Shown in pieces: positions 1 through 12,323 of a stretch of 64,000 nt of DNA (its first letter is position 1; each line of letters opens with the position of its first letter). Origin of the DNA: Moniliella sp. 'wahieum' (lineage: Eukaryota). The stretch spans positions 1 through 64,000 of the forward strand of contig RSEE01000062.1 in assembly GCA_003971905.1 (NCBI GenBank), written 5' to 3'. The notes under the pieces are model-generated. The model worked only from the letters and a program-made list of their open reading frames with translations, was not told the DNA's origin and made no database searches. The position numbers were made by a program, and so were the translations under genes.

Positions 1-21
1 TAACCCTAACCCGTAACCCTA
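1..21 (+). repeat. Telomeric repeat (TAACCC)n, C-strand; chromosome end
   Basis: Window begins taaccctaaccc-g-taacccta, about 3 units with one extra base. Confidence 0.85.
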
Positions 22-206
22 GGGGAGGGCCGAGGGTAGATAGCGAGCTACCCGAAGGGGAGGGAAGAGTTATGCCGAGGCGATAGCTCGCTATAAAATC
101 GTCCGCTCTTTGCAGCATATGGCCTCGTTTCTCGATTGGACGCACCGTTGACAAGTTACACCCCCCCATCCCTAACCCTACCCACCCCGACCCACCCCAA
201 CCCACA
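14..206 (+). repeat. Subtelomeric ~190-bp module, copy 1
   Basis: gggtagatagc..gctacccgaagggg..gttatgccgaggcgatagctcgcta..atcgtccgctc..gcagcatatggcctc..gacgcaccgttga..aagttacaccccccatccctaaccctaccc; recurs at 3921-4101 and 4094-4646. Confidence 0.9.
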
Positions 207-429
207 CCTGTTGATCATCTATCCAATGATGCGCTTGACAAAGGGGGACAGTCGTTGTTATGCTCGCCTCAAAGACCCACGACCGTCGTCGTCATTGTGC
301 ACTTCAACATCTGACAGGTGCTCGGATGCTTCTGTGGTGCATGTACTAGAGTGCATGGAGAGGTAGGCTGAATGATGGTATGCATTGCTATGTTCCTATA
401 CATGCTGGATGTTGAGACGGGGAGCAGAG

Positions 430-985
430 GCGTGGAGATGGGGAGCAGAGGCTTGATGGGGAGCGCAGGCTTGGAGGACGAGCACAGGCTTGGGGATGGA
501 GAGCGTGGGTGGAGGGCGCAGGCTTGGAGATGATGAGCAGAGGTTGGTGGCCAGTACAAGCTTGGGGATGACGAGCACAAGCTTGGTGCGCAGCCCAGGT
601 TGGAGATGATGAGCACATGCTTGGTGGTGAGGGCAGGCTTGGAGATGATGAGCACAGGCTTGTTCGCGAGCACAAGCTTGAGGACAGAGCGCAGGCTCGG
701 AGATGATGAGCACCAGGTTGATCGCGAGCCCAAGCTTGGTCCCGAGCACAGGCTTGGGGATGGCGAGCACAGGCTTGGTGGGGACGACAGGCTTGGGGAT
801 GGGGAGCACCGGCTTGGTGGCGGGTACAAGCTTGGAGATGCGGAGTGCAGGCTTGGAAGCGGTTGGCACATGCTTGCTGATGGCGGGCACAAGGATAAAG
901 ACGATGGGCACAAGCACATGGCAAGCACAGGCTGCGAGGCGGTGGGCGCGTGCTTGGACGTGGCCGCGCAAGCTTGGAGATGCCT
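430..985. repeat. Degenerate 21-bp minisatellite (consensus ~ggcttggagatgatgagcaca)
   Basis: More than 20 imperfect units; reads RLGDDEH on + or KPVLIIS on -. Confidence 0.85.
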
Positions 986-2049
986 GGCACAAGGTGGAAA
1001 ACAACAGGGGCCGTCGGGGGAGCGCAAGGGTGGACGCGACAGACAGACAGAGCACGACGTTGTACTGGCCCATGGGCTGCTCGAGCTTGAGCATGGCCCT
1101 GACGAGCGTTGAGATGGGGGCAATGATGGCGGAGAGCGGAGGGATGAGTGGCAGAACGCTGGTGCAAGAGCGGGTCAGAATGAGGCAGGGTGGCATGGGA
1201 TGGAATGGGATGGGATGCGTACCGATGCGCTCAGGTTGCACATGGCCAAGACGGCGGTTGGGATGAGCATCCCAAGCAGGGTGACAGCAGGTTCGCCAAG
1301 CGAGTGCACATGGGCCGGCAGAGCGTCCAAACGGGACGGCATGGCACGCTGCACGGTATGCGTTGGCATGGCCGAGCCTGGAACGAAGATGGCCAAGACG
1401 AGGATCCGGATGGCCAAGCCAAGCGTCCAGAAACCAACTCAAGCGCGGCAGTGGTGGGGGCAGGCGAGGCTGTGACCATGGACGGCCAGCAGGCATGCAC
1501 CATCCCCTGCACCATCCCATGCTTCCGCTTGCCCGACCCGACGGTGGCGATGGCCGAATGAATGGCGGCGGTGGCCGAGTCAATGGCGGGGATGGCCTGG
1601 GCGGGGGTGGGAGGCAGGAGCGCGGCGCTGGGACGGGTCGGGAGGCAGGGGGACGTGGGAAAGAGCCCCGGGGTGGCGGGCAGTACCTGCAGAGACCCAG
1701 AAGCTGGACAGAAGACACAGAGGCGAGAGGGTCAGTAGAGGGCCGGTGTGTGGCAGATGAGGCGCGGGAGGCACCGAATGGGGGAAAGGAGGCTCAGAAC
1801 GAGGGGTTGAAACGAGGCAACAGACCTTGGGGGGCGGGCAAAGCCAGCCGGGTTGGGGGGGGGCGGGTAAGAAACCAACCAGATCCGTCGCCTGGCCCGT
1901 GCATTCATCCGCCGCGGGCTGAAAATATTAACATTTGCAATTGCACCGATGCACGCGCAGCCTGCGCGGTCAGATTGGCTCGGCCGCACCAAATCGACCA
2001 AGCCGCCACCACCACCAACGCATCCACCGCCACACGCCGTTCTCCATCG

Positions 2050-2740
2050 CGGTGCATCGTCTTGCGCCCCACGCGTGCGCGTCTGAAAGAGGACTACCTG
2101 GGGCACGCTACGCCACCACTCGTGCTCTGACTCGTCCCATATGGGTGGGGCACCGACGCTGTTTGTTGGGACCGTGCGCCGTCTGGACCGCACCTGAGGT
2201 AATTGGATGTGGTGTGACCTCAATCCTGGACCGAATCAAAAGCGCATCATCATTCTTGAAAGCCTTGATTCTGGGCTACGCTACACCGTTGACAGATCTC
2301 TGATTCGTCCAGAATTGGTTGAACGCCGGCAGCATCAACATCGACCATCCGCTGTTTGGACCTAACCTCTGATGTTCACATGTGGTGTGACCTCAATCCT
2401 GGTCCAATCCTGAAGCGCATTGCTGCTCCTGAAAGCCCTGCTTCCTGTGCACGCTGTGCATGTATGCAATGTATTGTTTGATGAAGATTGGTGCTGTGCC
2501 GGCACCGTCAACATAGACCTTCATCCGAATCAAGCTAACATCAGATGTTGGGGCGTGTTCTGACCTCAATGCTGGACCAATCCTGGAGCGCCTTACCTCC
2601 CTGGAAGCCCTGCTTGTAGTGCACGATGGGGCGCCGACGATCTCTGACATCCGACGACAACTGGTGGAGCGGCGGCGCCATCAACACCCACCTGCCCGTG
2701 TTTGGACCTGCTGTGCACCATCGCTTCAGCTGGTGGACAG
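2050..2740 (+). repeat. About 4 diverged ~174-bp tandem units; possible decayed LRR-like coding repeat
   Basis: tgacctcaat(c/g)ctgg(a/t)cc recurs near 2216, 2388 and 2561; ctggg..acgctac / gtgcacg near 2098, 2272, 2447 and 2620. Translation fragments include DLNAGPILERLTSLEALLVVH, with stops and frameshifts. Confidence 0.6.
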
Positions 2741-3212
2741 ATGCAGATGGTAGTCGATGTAGGCCTGCCCTGGTGGAAGGCGAGGGAGTACGCTGCAGCG
2801 GGAGGCTTGGATGAGGCGTGCACCTGAGCGGGAGCGGCTGGGATCGATGCATGCTGGGATGAGATGGTGGTGGCGTATGCCGGCGGGACCAAAATGGCGA
2901 TATCTCAGCCGTCTCTCATCCGTTCTGGCTCACATTTGGCATGCTACCAACGGTAAGCAAGCACTGTTGGAGGCATGCATCAGATCCTCCATCTGCCTCA
3001 CGATCAGGGGCAACGCGCATAGAGGTGTGCTAGCGCCAAATGAAGCACGGATATGGACGATGCTCACCACGAGACGGCCATGCATGGTGACATGGGTGGT
3101 GGTGGTGGTGAAAGTGGTGGTGGCGGTGGCGGCGCTGGATTAATGGTTTGCGCACACCAACATCAGATGCGCTGCGCCGGCAGCGCGCACAGCGGTGGAC
3201 AGCGGTCGGATG

Positions 3213-3632
3213 GCCACAGGCCAGAGTTGGGACTGGACACGGCGCAAGCAGCGTGGCAGGGCCCGCTTGGCGGATTGACCCAGAATGCAAGGTAAAGACA
3301 GGCCTGACCACTTGTGACAAGCGGCTCTTCGGCCCAATGCAGGACCAGTCACCAAGCGGACCCAGCAACGGCCCCAGCCGCCCCGCGAGGACCTGTCACC
3401 AAGCGGACCCAGCCACGGCCCAAGTCGGCACGCCCAGGACCCATCACCGAGCGCACCTAGCCACGGTCCGGGCCGGCACGCCCCGTCACCTGCCCTCGAC
3501 CAGAAAACAACCAATTACCTTGGTCGCGAATGGCCCTATCGCCGTTGCCGATTATCCACGGAGCGCTGGCCCAGGCGCCACACAGGCCAGAGTCGGGACC
3601 GGGCACGGCGCAAGCAGCGTGGCAGCGCCCGC
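3213..3632 (+). repeat. Direct repeat pair (~55 bp), copies at ~3213-3268 and ~3578-3632
   Basis: acaggccagagt(t/c)gggac(t/c)gg(a/g)cacggcgcaagcagcgtggcag(g/c)gcccgct occurs twice. A second pair, aatgtcagag(c/a)tcaccaaacgtcag, lies at ~3661 and ~3767. Confidence 0.8.
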
Positions 3633-3920
3633 TACGTTTCCGCAAGGAACGCCATCAAAGAATGTCAGAGCTCACCAAACGTCAGACCCGCATTTTGCCC
3701 TCCTCACATGTCACATTCCAGGCGTGACAGCGTGAATCCCGCATTCCAGGACTAAGCCCCACCCGAAATGTCAGAGATCACCAAACGTCAGGCACCACAT
3801 TTGGTCCCATCACACTGTGGTGGCTGACTTTTCGTGGGGTGTCCCAGTTTGGGCTAAAATACCTGTCTCAGTACTAATTGAGCCGCGTTTTCACAGGACT
3901 CATCACAAGCCAATATAAGA

Positions 3921-4101
3921 CTAGGGTAGATAGCTCGCTACCCGAAGGGGAGGGAGTTATGCCGAGGCGATAGCTCGCTACGAAATCGTCCGCTCTATGC
4001 AGCATATGGCCTCAGATTTCCCATCCGACGCACCGTTGAGAAGTTACACCCCCCATCCCTAACCCTACCCAACCCGACCCAACCCAACCCACCCTAACCC
4101 T
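3921..4101 (+). repeat. Subtelomeric module, copy 2, ending in degenerate telomeric tract
   Basis: Near-identical to copy 1; ends ccctaaccctacccaacccgacccaacccaacccaccctaaccct. Confidence 0.9.
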
Positions 4102-4646
4102 AGAGGGGGGTCGGCCGAGGGTAGATAGCTCGCTACCCGAAGGGGAGAGAGTTATGCCGAGGCGATAGCTCGCTACCCGAAGGGGAGAGAGTTATGCCGA
4201 GGCGATAGCTCGCTACCCGAAGGGGAGAGAGTTATGCCGAGGCGATAGCTCGCTACCCGAAGGGGAGAGAGTTATGCCGAGGCGATAGCTCGCTACCCGA
4301 AGGGGAGAGAGTTATGCCGAGGCGATAGCTCGCTACCCGAAGGGGAGAGAGTTATGCCGAGGCGATAGCTCGCTACCCGAAGGGGAGAGAGTTATGCCGA
4401 GGCGATAGCTCGCTACCCGAAGGGGAGAGAGTTATGCCGAGGCGATAGCTCGCTACCCGAAGGGGAGAGAGTTATGCCGAGGCGATAGCTCGCTACCCGA
4501 AGGGGAGAGAGTTATGCCGAGGCGATAGCTCGCTACGAAATCGTCCGCTCGTTGCAGCATATGGCCTCAGATTTCCCATCGACGCACCGTTGAGAAGTTA
4601 CACCCACCATCCCTAACCCTACCCACCCCGACCCACCCCACCACAC
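4094..4646 (+). repeat. Subtelomeric module, copy 3, with internal 40-bp expansion
   Basis: Starts ctaaccctagagggggg and has the same 3' tail as copies 1 and 2. Confidence 0.9.
4124..4536 (+). repeat. Perfect tandem array, 10 x 40 bp plus 13 bp
   Basis: Unit gatagctcgctacccgaaggggagagagttatgccgaggc starts at 4124, 4164 and so on to 4484; partial unit at 4524. Confidence 0.95.
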
Positions 4647-5369
4647 AAATAGGATCCGTACCAACTGTAGGCTGGAAACAAATAGAAATCGACACTAGTG
4701 TCAAATTGCATTTGTCGCCGTCATATCATCGATCAGCCATACCAACTGTATCACTGAACATACGTCTAGACCGACCCGACGGTGGCGATGGCCGAATGAA
4801 TGGCGGAGATGGCCGAGCGACTGGTGGGGATGGGCGAGGGAAAGGGGGGGGGGATTGCTGGGGCGTGCGTGGGAGGCAGGCATGCGGGTTAAAGAGGGCA
4901 AAGAAGGGGAGAAAGCGGGGCGGGATGGCGGGCAGGGGCTGGACAGAAGGCACAGCAAAGTGGGTCAGTGCGGGCGTGGGGAGGGGCAGCCAAGGCGCGG
5001 CAAGGCGCCTGAGAGCGGCGGAAGGAGGCACAGATGGGAGGGGAAGCGAGGCAACACACCTTGGGGCGCGGGGAACGCTGCGAGGGAGGGGAGGATGGAG
5101 GCAAGAAGGCAGCGTACCAGCCCCCATCGCCCCCCCATCAACATCTACCCCCAACATGCACGCCCGCGCGCCCACCCATTAGGTAAGGACAGCGCGGCGC
5201 CGCGGGTGGATACAGGCTTGCAATGTTCATTAGGTACCGGCCACGCGCGCAGCAGGTGGATACAGGGGTGCAATGTTCATTAGCTCAGCGCCATGCTGGC
5301 CGGCGGTGGATACACGCGTCGACGGGTGATGACTACGTCAGAGGTCATAGGCCTCAGGACTATTGAGGT

Positions 5370-5397
5370 ATCGCATACGGGCTAGCCCGTATGCGAT
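5370..5397. other. 28-bp perfect palindrome
   Basis: atcgcatacgggct|agcccgtatgcgat; extendable by gaggt/acctc with a 1-nt bulge. Confidence 0.9.
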
Positions 5398-7749
5398 GAC
5401 CTCCGCCTCGATTGCTATGCGCCTCGGGACTATTGAATCTTTGAACATACGTCTAGGCCACCTGGACAGAGTGCCTTCCGGCGACTCGCCGGAGCGGTGG
5501 TCGATACCCCCTGTAACCTCCGTACGGGACTTCTCTCCCCACCCCCCCCCCACAGTCCAATGCATGCCCCTTATACTCTACCGCTACCACCATCCACAAC
5601 CATAGAACCGTGACCGCTCCGCATCCCGTCCGATCTGCCACGGAGTCACCACCGCATCACCAGTCAGTATATACCGCGATGGAAGATGAGGCTCACGTGG
5701 GAATCCTCGATGCCGCCCTTCATTATGTACCCTGCTCCTCTCCAGCTGCGCCACCGCGGCTCTCTTTATACCCACGCCCATCTCCCTTCTAGAGCTCCAT
5801 TTTTCCGTGCAGTAAGAGACCCTCCCCACCGCCCACACACCAATAGTGATGAGCAACAGCTGCCCCGCATGGTACCTCCCAACTGCACCTTAACCCTGCC
5901 AAACGATCGGCCACCCCGACGCCACCCTAAGTCCAGTGGTACTCTTACCCACCCCCTTCACTTTGTACTAATACCGCTTGGACGTAGCACCTGCCACGCT
6001 GAAGTTATACCGTCTCCTTCCCTGAGAACTCAGTCTGAGTCGTTAGTAATGGGGCGGCGCATATATTCCTAACCCTAGTGCCATAAGCACGTGCACGTGC
6101 ATCTTAAGCTTGGCACATCACATTTGGTCTGGCCTGCGACAGCCGCCTGCTCCCTTTGCCCCTCCACCCCCACCACCACGTATGCCAAGTCATTGTTCCG
6201 GTCAGCACTTTCAGCATGTTCGTTGGGCCGGCTGACTGTGGCTGGACGCGACCAATGCGGGGCCATTCGAGGTATCGTGGGTGTACAGCCCGGGCTCGAT
6301 TCGCTGTATCCGGGCCTCAATCCCCTCTCCTCGAAACAAGCGAGTGGAAGATGACATGCCGAATGCCAGCTTACTCATCGGGTGAACGCATGCACTGCTT
6401 GGAGTAAGTCCCCATTACTGCACCGCTTGCTCGTCACTAGTCACTGACTTTCCAATTTGAAGACAGGATGCGCCTTATGGGATGCACCTGTCCCAATCTA
6501 TTACGTTGCGAAACCCCAGCCCTAGGTACGGGCTTGGCGACTACGCCTGTGCAAGAACGGTTGATTGACGATGATGTGCCCTCGACAATGCGAGCGATGC
6601 AGGCATACGGCAATGGTCTGCCAACAAGCAGCGACTGGAGGCAAGAAGTGCGGCCTGTGCCGCATCCCGGCCACCGGCGGTGACCAGTTCCAAGACTTGA
6701 TTGATGTGTCGAAGCGGTCGATTGCTCGGAAGAAATGAGTACCCCCTACGCTGGTCGAATGCAGCCCAGAGGACGTCGTGGCAAACGGGTCGGAGCGAAT
6801 TGGAACGGCAGCGGCAGCAGCAGCTTTTGATACGCCCCTGGCAAGAGCGCGTGGTTCATCCGGAAGGAAGTCTTGTCATGTTTACTCCCCTCCGAATCTG
6901 TGGGTGAGTTTTTGGTGGTGGTCAAGATGCCAGCGACAGGTGCGGTCGTGGTCGTGGGGCGTCAGTGGGACCGGTGCGCCGGTCGACGCGGAGGGCAGCG
7001 CTCAACTCTGTCTTTGCGCACAGGGTTGCTGTCGCGGGGAGGCCTTGCCCCCTTGCCCGGCGGATCTGCCAAGGGGTTGACGTCGGGTGAGGATGATGAG
7101 GAAGGAGCAGGAAAGGATCGGTGTGGATTGGAAGGCGAAAGCCGATAGCGAGGGCGAGCAGGCCAGCCCGGGGAGGGGCCTGCTCGAGGCGGCTTTCGGT
7201 CCTTCTACCCTGCCTGACCCGCGGCGGAGATTCTTCACACAAGGCAAAGAAAACAGGCCATGTTCGCCAACGTGGCCTGAGGCTCCATGCTAGCGGGGAT
7301 GCCCTTGTGGAACATCTCGTACTAGTCCATATTAACACGCGCTGACCGACGCAACCCTCGGTGCTATTGTCTCGCCGCTGTCGCTCGTCCCCCTATCCAC
7401 CTGCCCGCCGCGGAGAAACAGCCTCCTTCAAGAATCGATACACTATGGCTCAGTGTCGACGAACCCTTCAGTGCTTCATCCCTTGCCCCTCATCTGTCGG
7501 CATTGTTCGCTTACGAATCTAGCTTCGCTGCCTTGCCGGCCCAGGTTGTGATGGCGGTACGTTACCCACGTTCTTTTGCACAGTGCGAGTGCTGACAGCC
7601 ACAGCAGATCGAAGACCGCGCCAGAAGTAACTGTGGAGTACGTGTTCACACAACGAGGAATCTGGCTGAATCAGTACACATTTGCCACGCGTGCGAGCGT
7701 ACGCGGTGGATGCACAGGCCCTGTTTCACTTGGCGATGGGCACTCGCAA

Positions 7750-9950
7750 GGAAAGTGCGCGCACCGCTCTCCCTTCGATGGAGTCAGCACAGAAGAGCCT
7801 GATTGCGCTTGGGCCGGGCAGGGAGGTGCGAAAGGAGTGTCGGAGCTGTATCCGCCTCTTTTAGGTGCCGGGCGCCAACGCTGTGGGACGGCCAGCTGCG
7901 CCTCGCCAGCACGGCGGGCACCTTCCAAGCCTTCTGCAGTGCTGGTCTTGCTCGTGGGAGAGGGAGCCTTGGGCGATAGTATCTCTTGGCCGCGGCAAGG
8001 GAAGATGGTAGCCGACACAAAGCAGCTGCCCGGCGAACAACGACACGCGACCGCTTCCGCGAAGCAGCGCCGACAGGGCTGCTGTCCCCAAGAGTCGGGA
8101 GCGTACTGGCCAGATAAGGACGGGCCAGCCGAGGAGGAGGTGCTGCGCGACGAGGGGCCAGTGACGCGAGTGCGGTGCCGATGTGGGTGCGGATGCCCCC
8201 GTCGGCACAGCACTAGGCGCCCTCGGTATCGCGGCGAGCGTTGCGGCCACCGCCGCGCTTGAAGCAGTCGCAATTTATCCACACGGCCATGCCGTCAATA
8301 ACCCTAGCACCGCGCCGAATTTGATCCCGTCGCGTCTGGGCGGCATTTCCTTCTCCGCCACCAACCAACACTTTGGGACCGCTGCTGCGCCTCGTGTCTT
8401 TGCTGCTGTTCGCCCTTCTCTCTCCTGCGCACCAAGCCGGATGCGTCGCTCATGAGCACATCGTTAGCTGCCAACAGGCCTTGTGGGAACTGCAATGTTG
8501 GGGGCTGGATTTGCGGTCCTTCCAGTGCGATGGTGCAGCTTGAGGCGCCAAACTATGTTGGCAGTGCGTTCCCCTCTGGACTCGGAGTAAGATATGACCC
8601 CCCCCTCCCCCTTTGGGCCCCTATCCGATGTGCCGGGGCGGATTCTGACGTGGGCTGTGGCTCTGCGCTAAGGACGCTACTGATGTATGGGTTGCGGATG
8701 CGGGCAGCACCGGTTGCCACCACCAACGATACTCCTGAGGCTGGGGTTGAATATGAAGGCTAGGAAAGCTCCATGCGCCTGAGGGCCAGATCCCACACCC
8801 CTTGGGCCAAAGATCGCCGACGGCTAGCAATAACTACCTTCCTTGTATACCACCATGCCAATGCCGAGATCGATCATCTGCACGGCACGACTCAATATGG
8901 GGTCGTGATTCGCGTTATTGGTCCAACATGTACGATGACCCCCAGCACTTCTTCTGGTGTGACGTGCTGACTTGCCGGGTCCGAACTTACAGGCACTGGT
9001 GTACATTCGGGAGACGATAAACAAGATGATCTGAGCACTAGGACAAGAACGTGGATCAAGTCAGTACCCGCTTTTCATGTATGTGGGAGATGTTAGTATT
9101 TCGGAAATGTTCCGCACTTGGCCACTCCCCAATAATGCTGTGGAAGCTGCCAAGTCATGTGCTTCCAGGCTCCGTCTCGTCTGGGGCCAATATCCGACTG
9201 CTGCATATTAAGTACCCTCTCCCTCATCTCCCAGATGCGATCCAAGTCCAGGGGAGAGCGGGGCAGATTATGTGTCGGCTGGACATTTACATAAGGCGAC
9301 CGAGGCGAAGAGCCCGAGTGAAAAAGAAAAGGTTCCACTGTGTTACGTCGCAGATGTGCAAGCGCAACGTCCCAAGATCGTGAGCTTCTGCATTGGGGCT
9401 AGGACCACCCGAGTGATGTTCTTGCGGGCCAAGGGTGCGGATCAATCCACTCGCCTAAATGGCCTCCCGTTCCCGCATCAGGCGTTCCTTTTACAGTGGG
9501 TGCTTGCAGCAAACCCGCCGTCATCTGCTTCCCCCTAGGCGAGAGAAAACGGACCTCTATGCCACGATGTACAAGTCATCAGGGGCGACGATCGTGGCAA
9601 TGTGGTTGGTCAATGGTAGGACCAAGTTGTCATCCCCATGTCTGTCGGTTTAGGCAGATATGTGTTGCTGCTCCCTCATCTTGGCCTTGCTCAACGCGCC
9701 AAAGCATCGGCTTGTGCAGCAAGACGAACGTATGGGAGGATCAGGTGATCGGCCGCCCACCAAAGGGATACGAGTCTGCTCCTCGACATGGTACAAAGAA
9801 GACACGACGGTTTTGCTCCCCGCCGGAATACGACGCTGCCGAGTGGAAACTCGAGCCGTCACGCGTGAACCGCGCCATCAGAGCCCCATTGAGAGTGTGG
9901 GTGCCCGAAAATAGTGAGGCCAATCAAGACCCCGTCCCATCACGCGGCCG
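7750..9950 (-). pseudogene. Decayed RecQ-like telomere-linked helicase (TLH-type)
   Basis: Motif remnants in RecQ order across frameshifts: SGGSKTV..FFVPC (motif I, ~9830-9785), IT-LILPYVRLAAQ (Ia), PLARKNITRVV (RPNI-like), YTSACKFGPG..VIVHVGP (V), ESCRADDR (VI, cf. QESGRAGRDG), then GSCF-CRLP near 8020. Motif II (DExH) is not recognisable. Confidence 0.6.
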
Positions 9951-10988
9951 ATTGCAGAGGCCTGGTGGAGCGTAGCCGACCAGCACGGCTTGCTGTACGC
10001 TCGCCCCAAGACCCGGCTGGCCGAAGGGGATGGGGTATGTGCTCATCCCCCTCCTGGGCTCTGTCTGAGATCTGATGCATCTGATGGCCTCGCTTGTGGT
10101 GCGTGTTTGAGTGTTGGCCTGGTTGCAAGCTGAGTGGCTGCACTACTGGGTTGCCAGCGTTTTTTCTGTACGTTCATTCTCCGAAGCCCTGTCGGCGTGT
10201 AATGCATGAGAATCACACTCTACCGAACTGTTTTTCCCCTGATCCAAGCCCAAGCGCCAGGGGAACAAGTTGAGGACGCGGAGCAGACTGTCTTGCGGGT
10301 CTCTGGGCTGAAAATGGGCGGGAAGCTTGCGGTGGTGGAAGACGCGCTGGGAGGAGACGGTCACCTCCAGGCCAAACCCACCCCCCAGCGGCCGGGGAGC
10401 GGGAGGATGGAAGTAGTACTGCTGCAGAGCGACGGCCCACGGCTAGAATCTGAGCCACTAAAACGTTTTTCTACCCGAGTTGGGCTCGTCACTCAGTGGG
10501 GGCCAATAATACTTGAAGCGAAAAACCAAGTGTGAACCAAGGCCCTGAACTAAACCTTGTAACCCCCGCGCAAGGCAGCCCATCATACCTGCAGAGACGA
10601 TACCGGGGCGAACTAAATCTAGGAAGAGAAGGGGGACGGGAAGAGGAGGGTGAGGGAGAGACCATCCCAGCATGGACAATTGCCCAGTGGCACGCCGGAG
10701 GAAAGTTGGGTGTTGACCAATTTAACTGAAACAGCCCAAAGCGCGGGAGCCACACAGGCAACTATTAAGTACGTCTGATGGGGTCTAGGACAAGATGTTG
10801 CGTCTCCAACCTCCAACCTGGGAACACTAACCACTAGTCTCGTTGGGAGACGTCGGGGGCAAAAGGACTATGGGAGCAGAACCATAATGGGGCGCAGGGC
10901 GCGATTCATGGAGAACCTAGGAGGACCTCAGGAGAATAGGGGAGAGAATCGTGATGAGGACCTTTTGGAGCAAAGACTGAAGCCTTTC

Positions 10989-12287
<1,299 letters not shown>

Positions 12288-12323
12288 TTATCCACCCGGG
12301 CAGTATCGGCGACACGGGATTCC

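Noticed and set aside
3958..3995. Hammerhead ribozyme in the subtelomeric module (ccgaggc-stem-cgaaa-tcgtc)
   Set aside because: The core reads CCGAGGC rather than CUGANGA, stems I and III are unconvincing, and copy 1 lacks GAAA.
4124..4536. 40-bp array as a CRISPR array
   Set aside because: The units are identical and contiguous with no spacers, the context is eukaryotic and there are no cas genes.
200..10900. Penelope-like (Coprina) or other reverse transcriptase in the subtelomere
   Set aside because: No RT motifs were found in a supportive context; the GDD near 9630 falls within the helicase relic.
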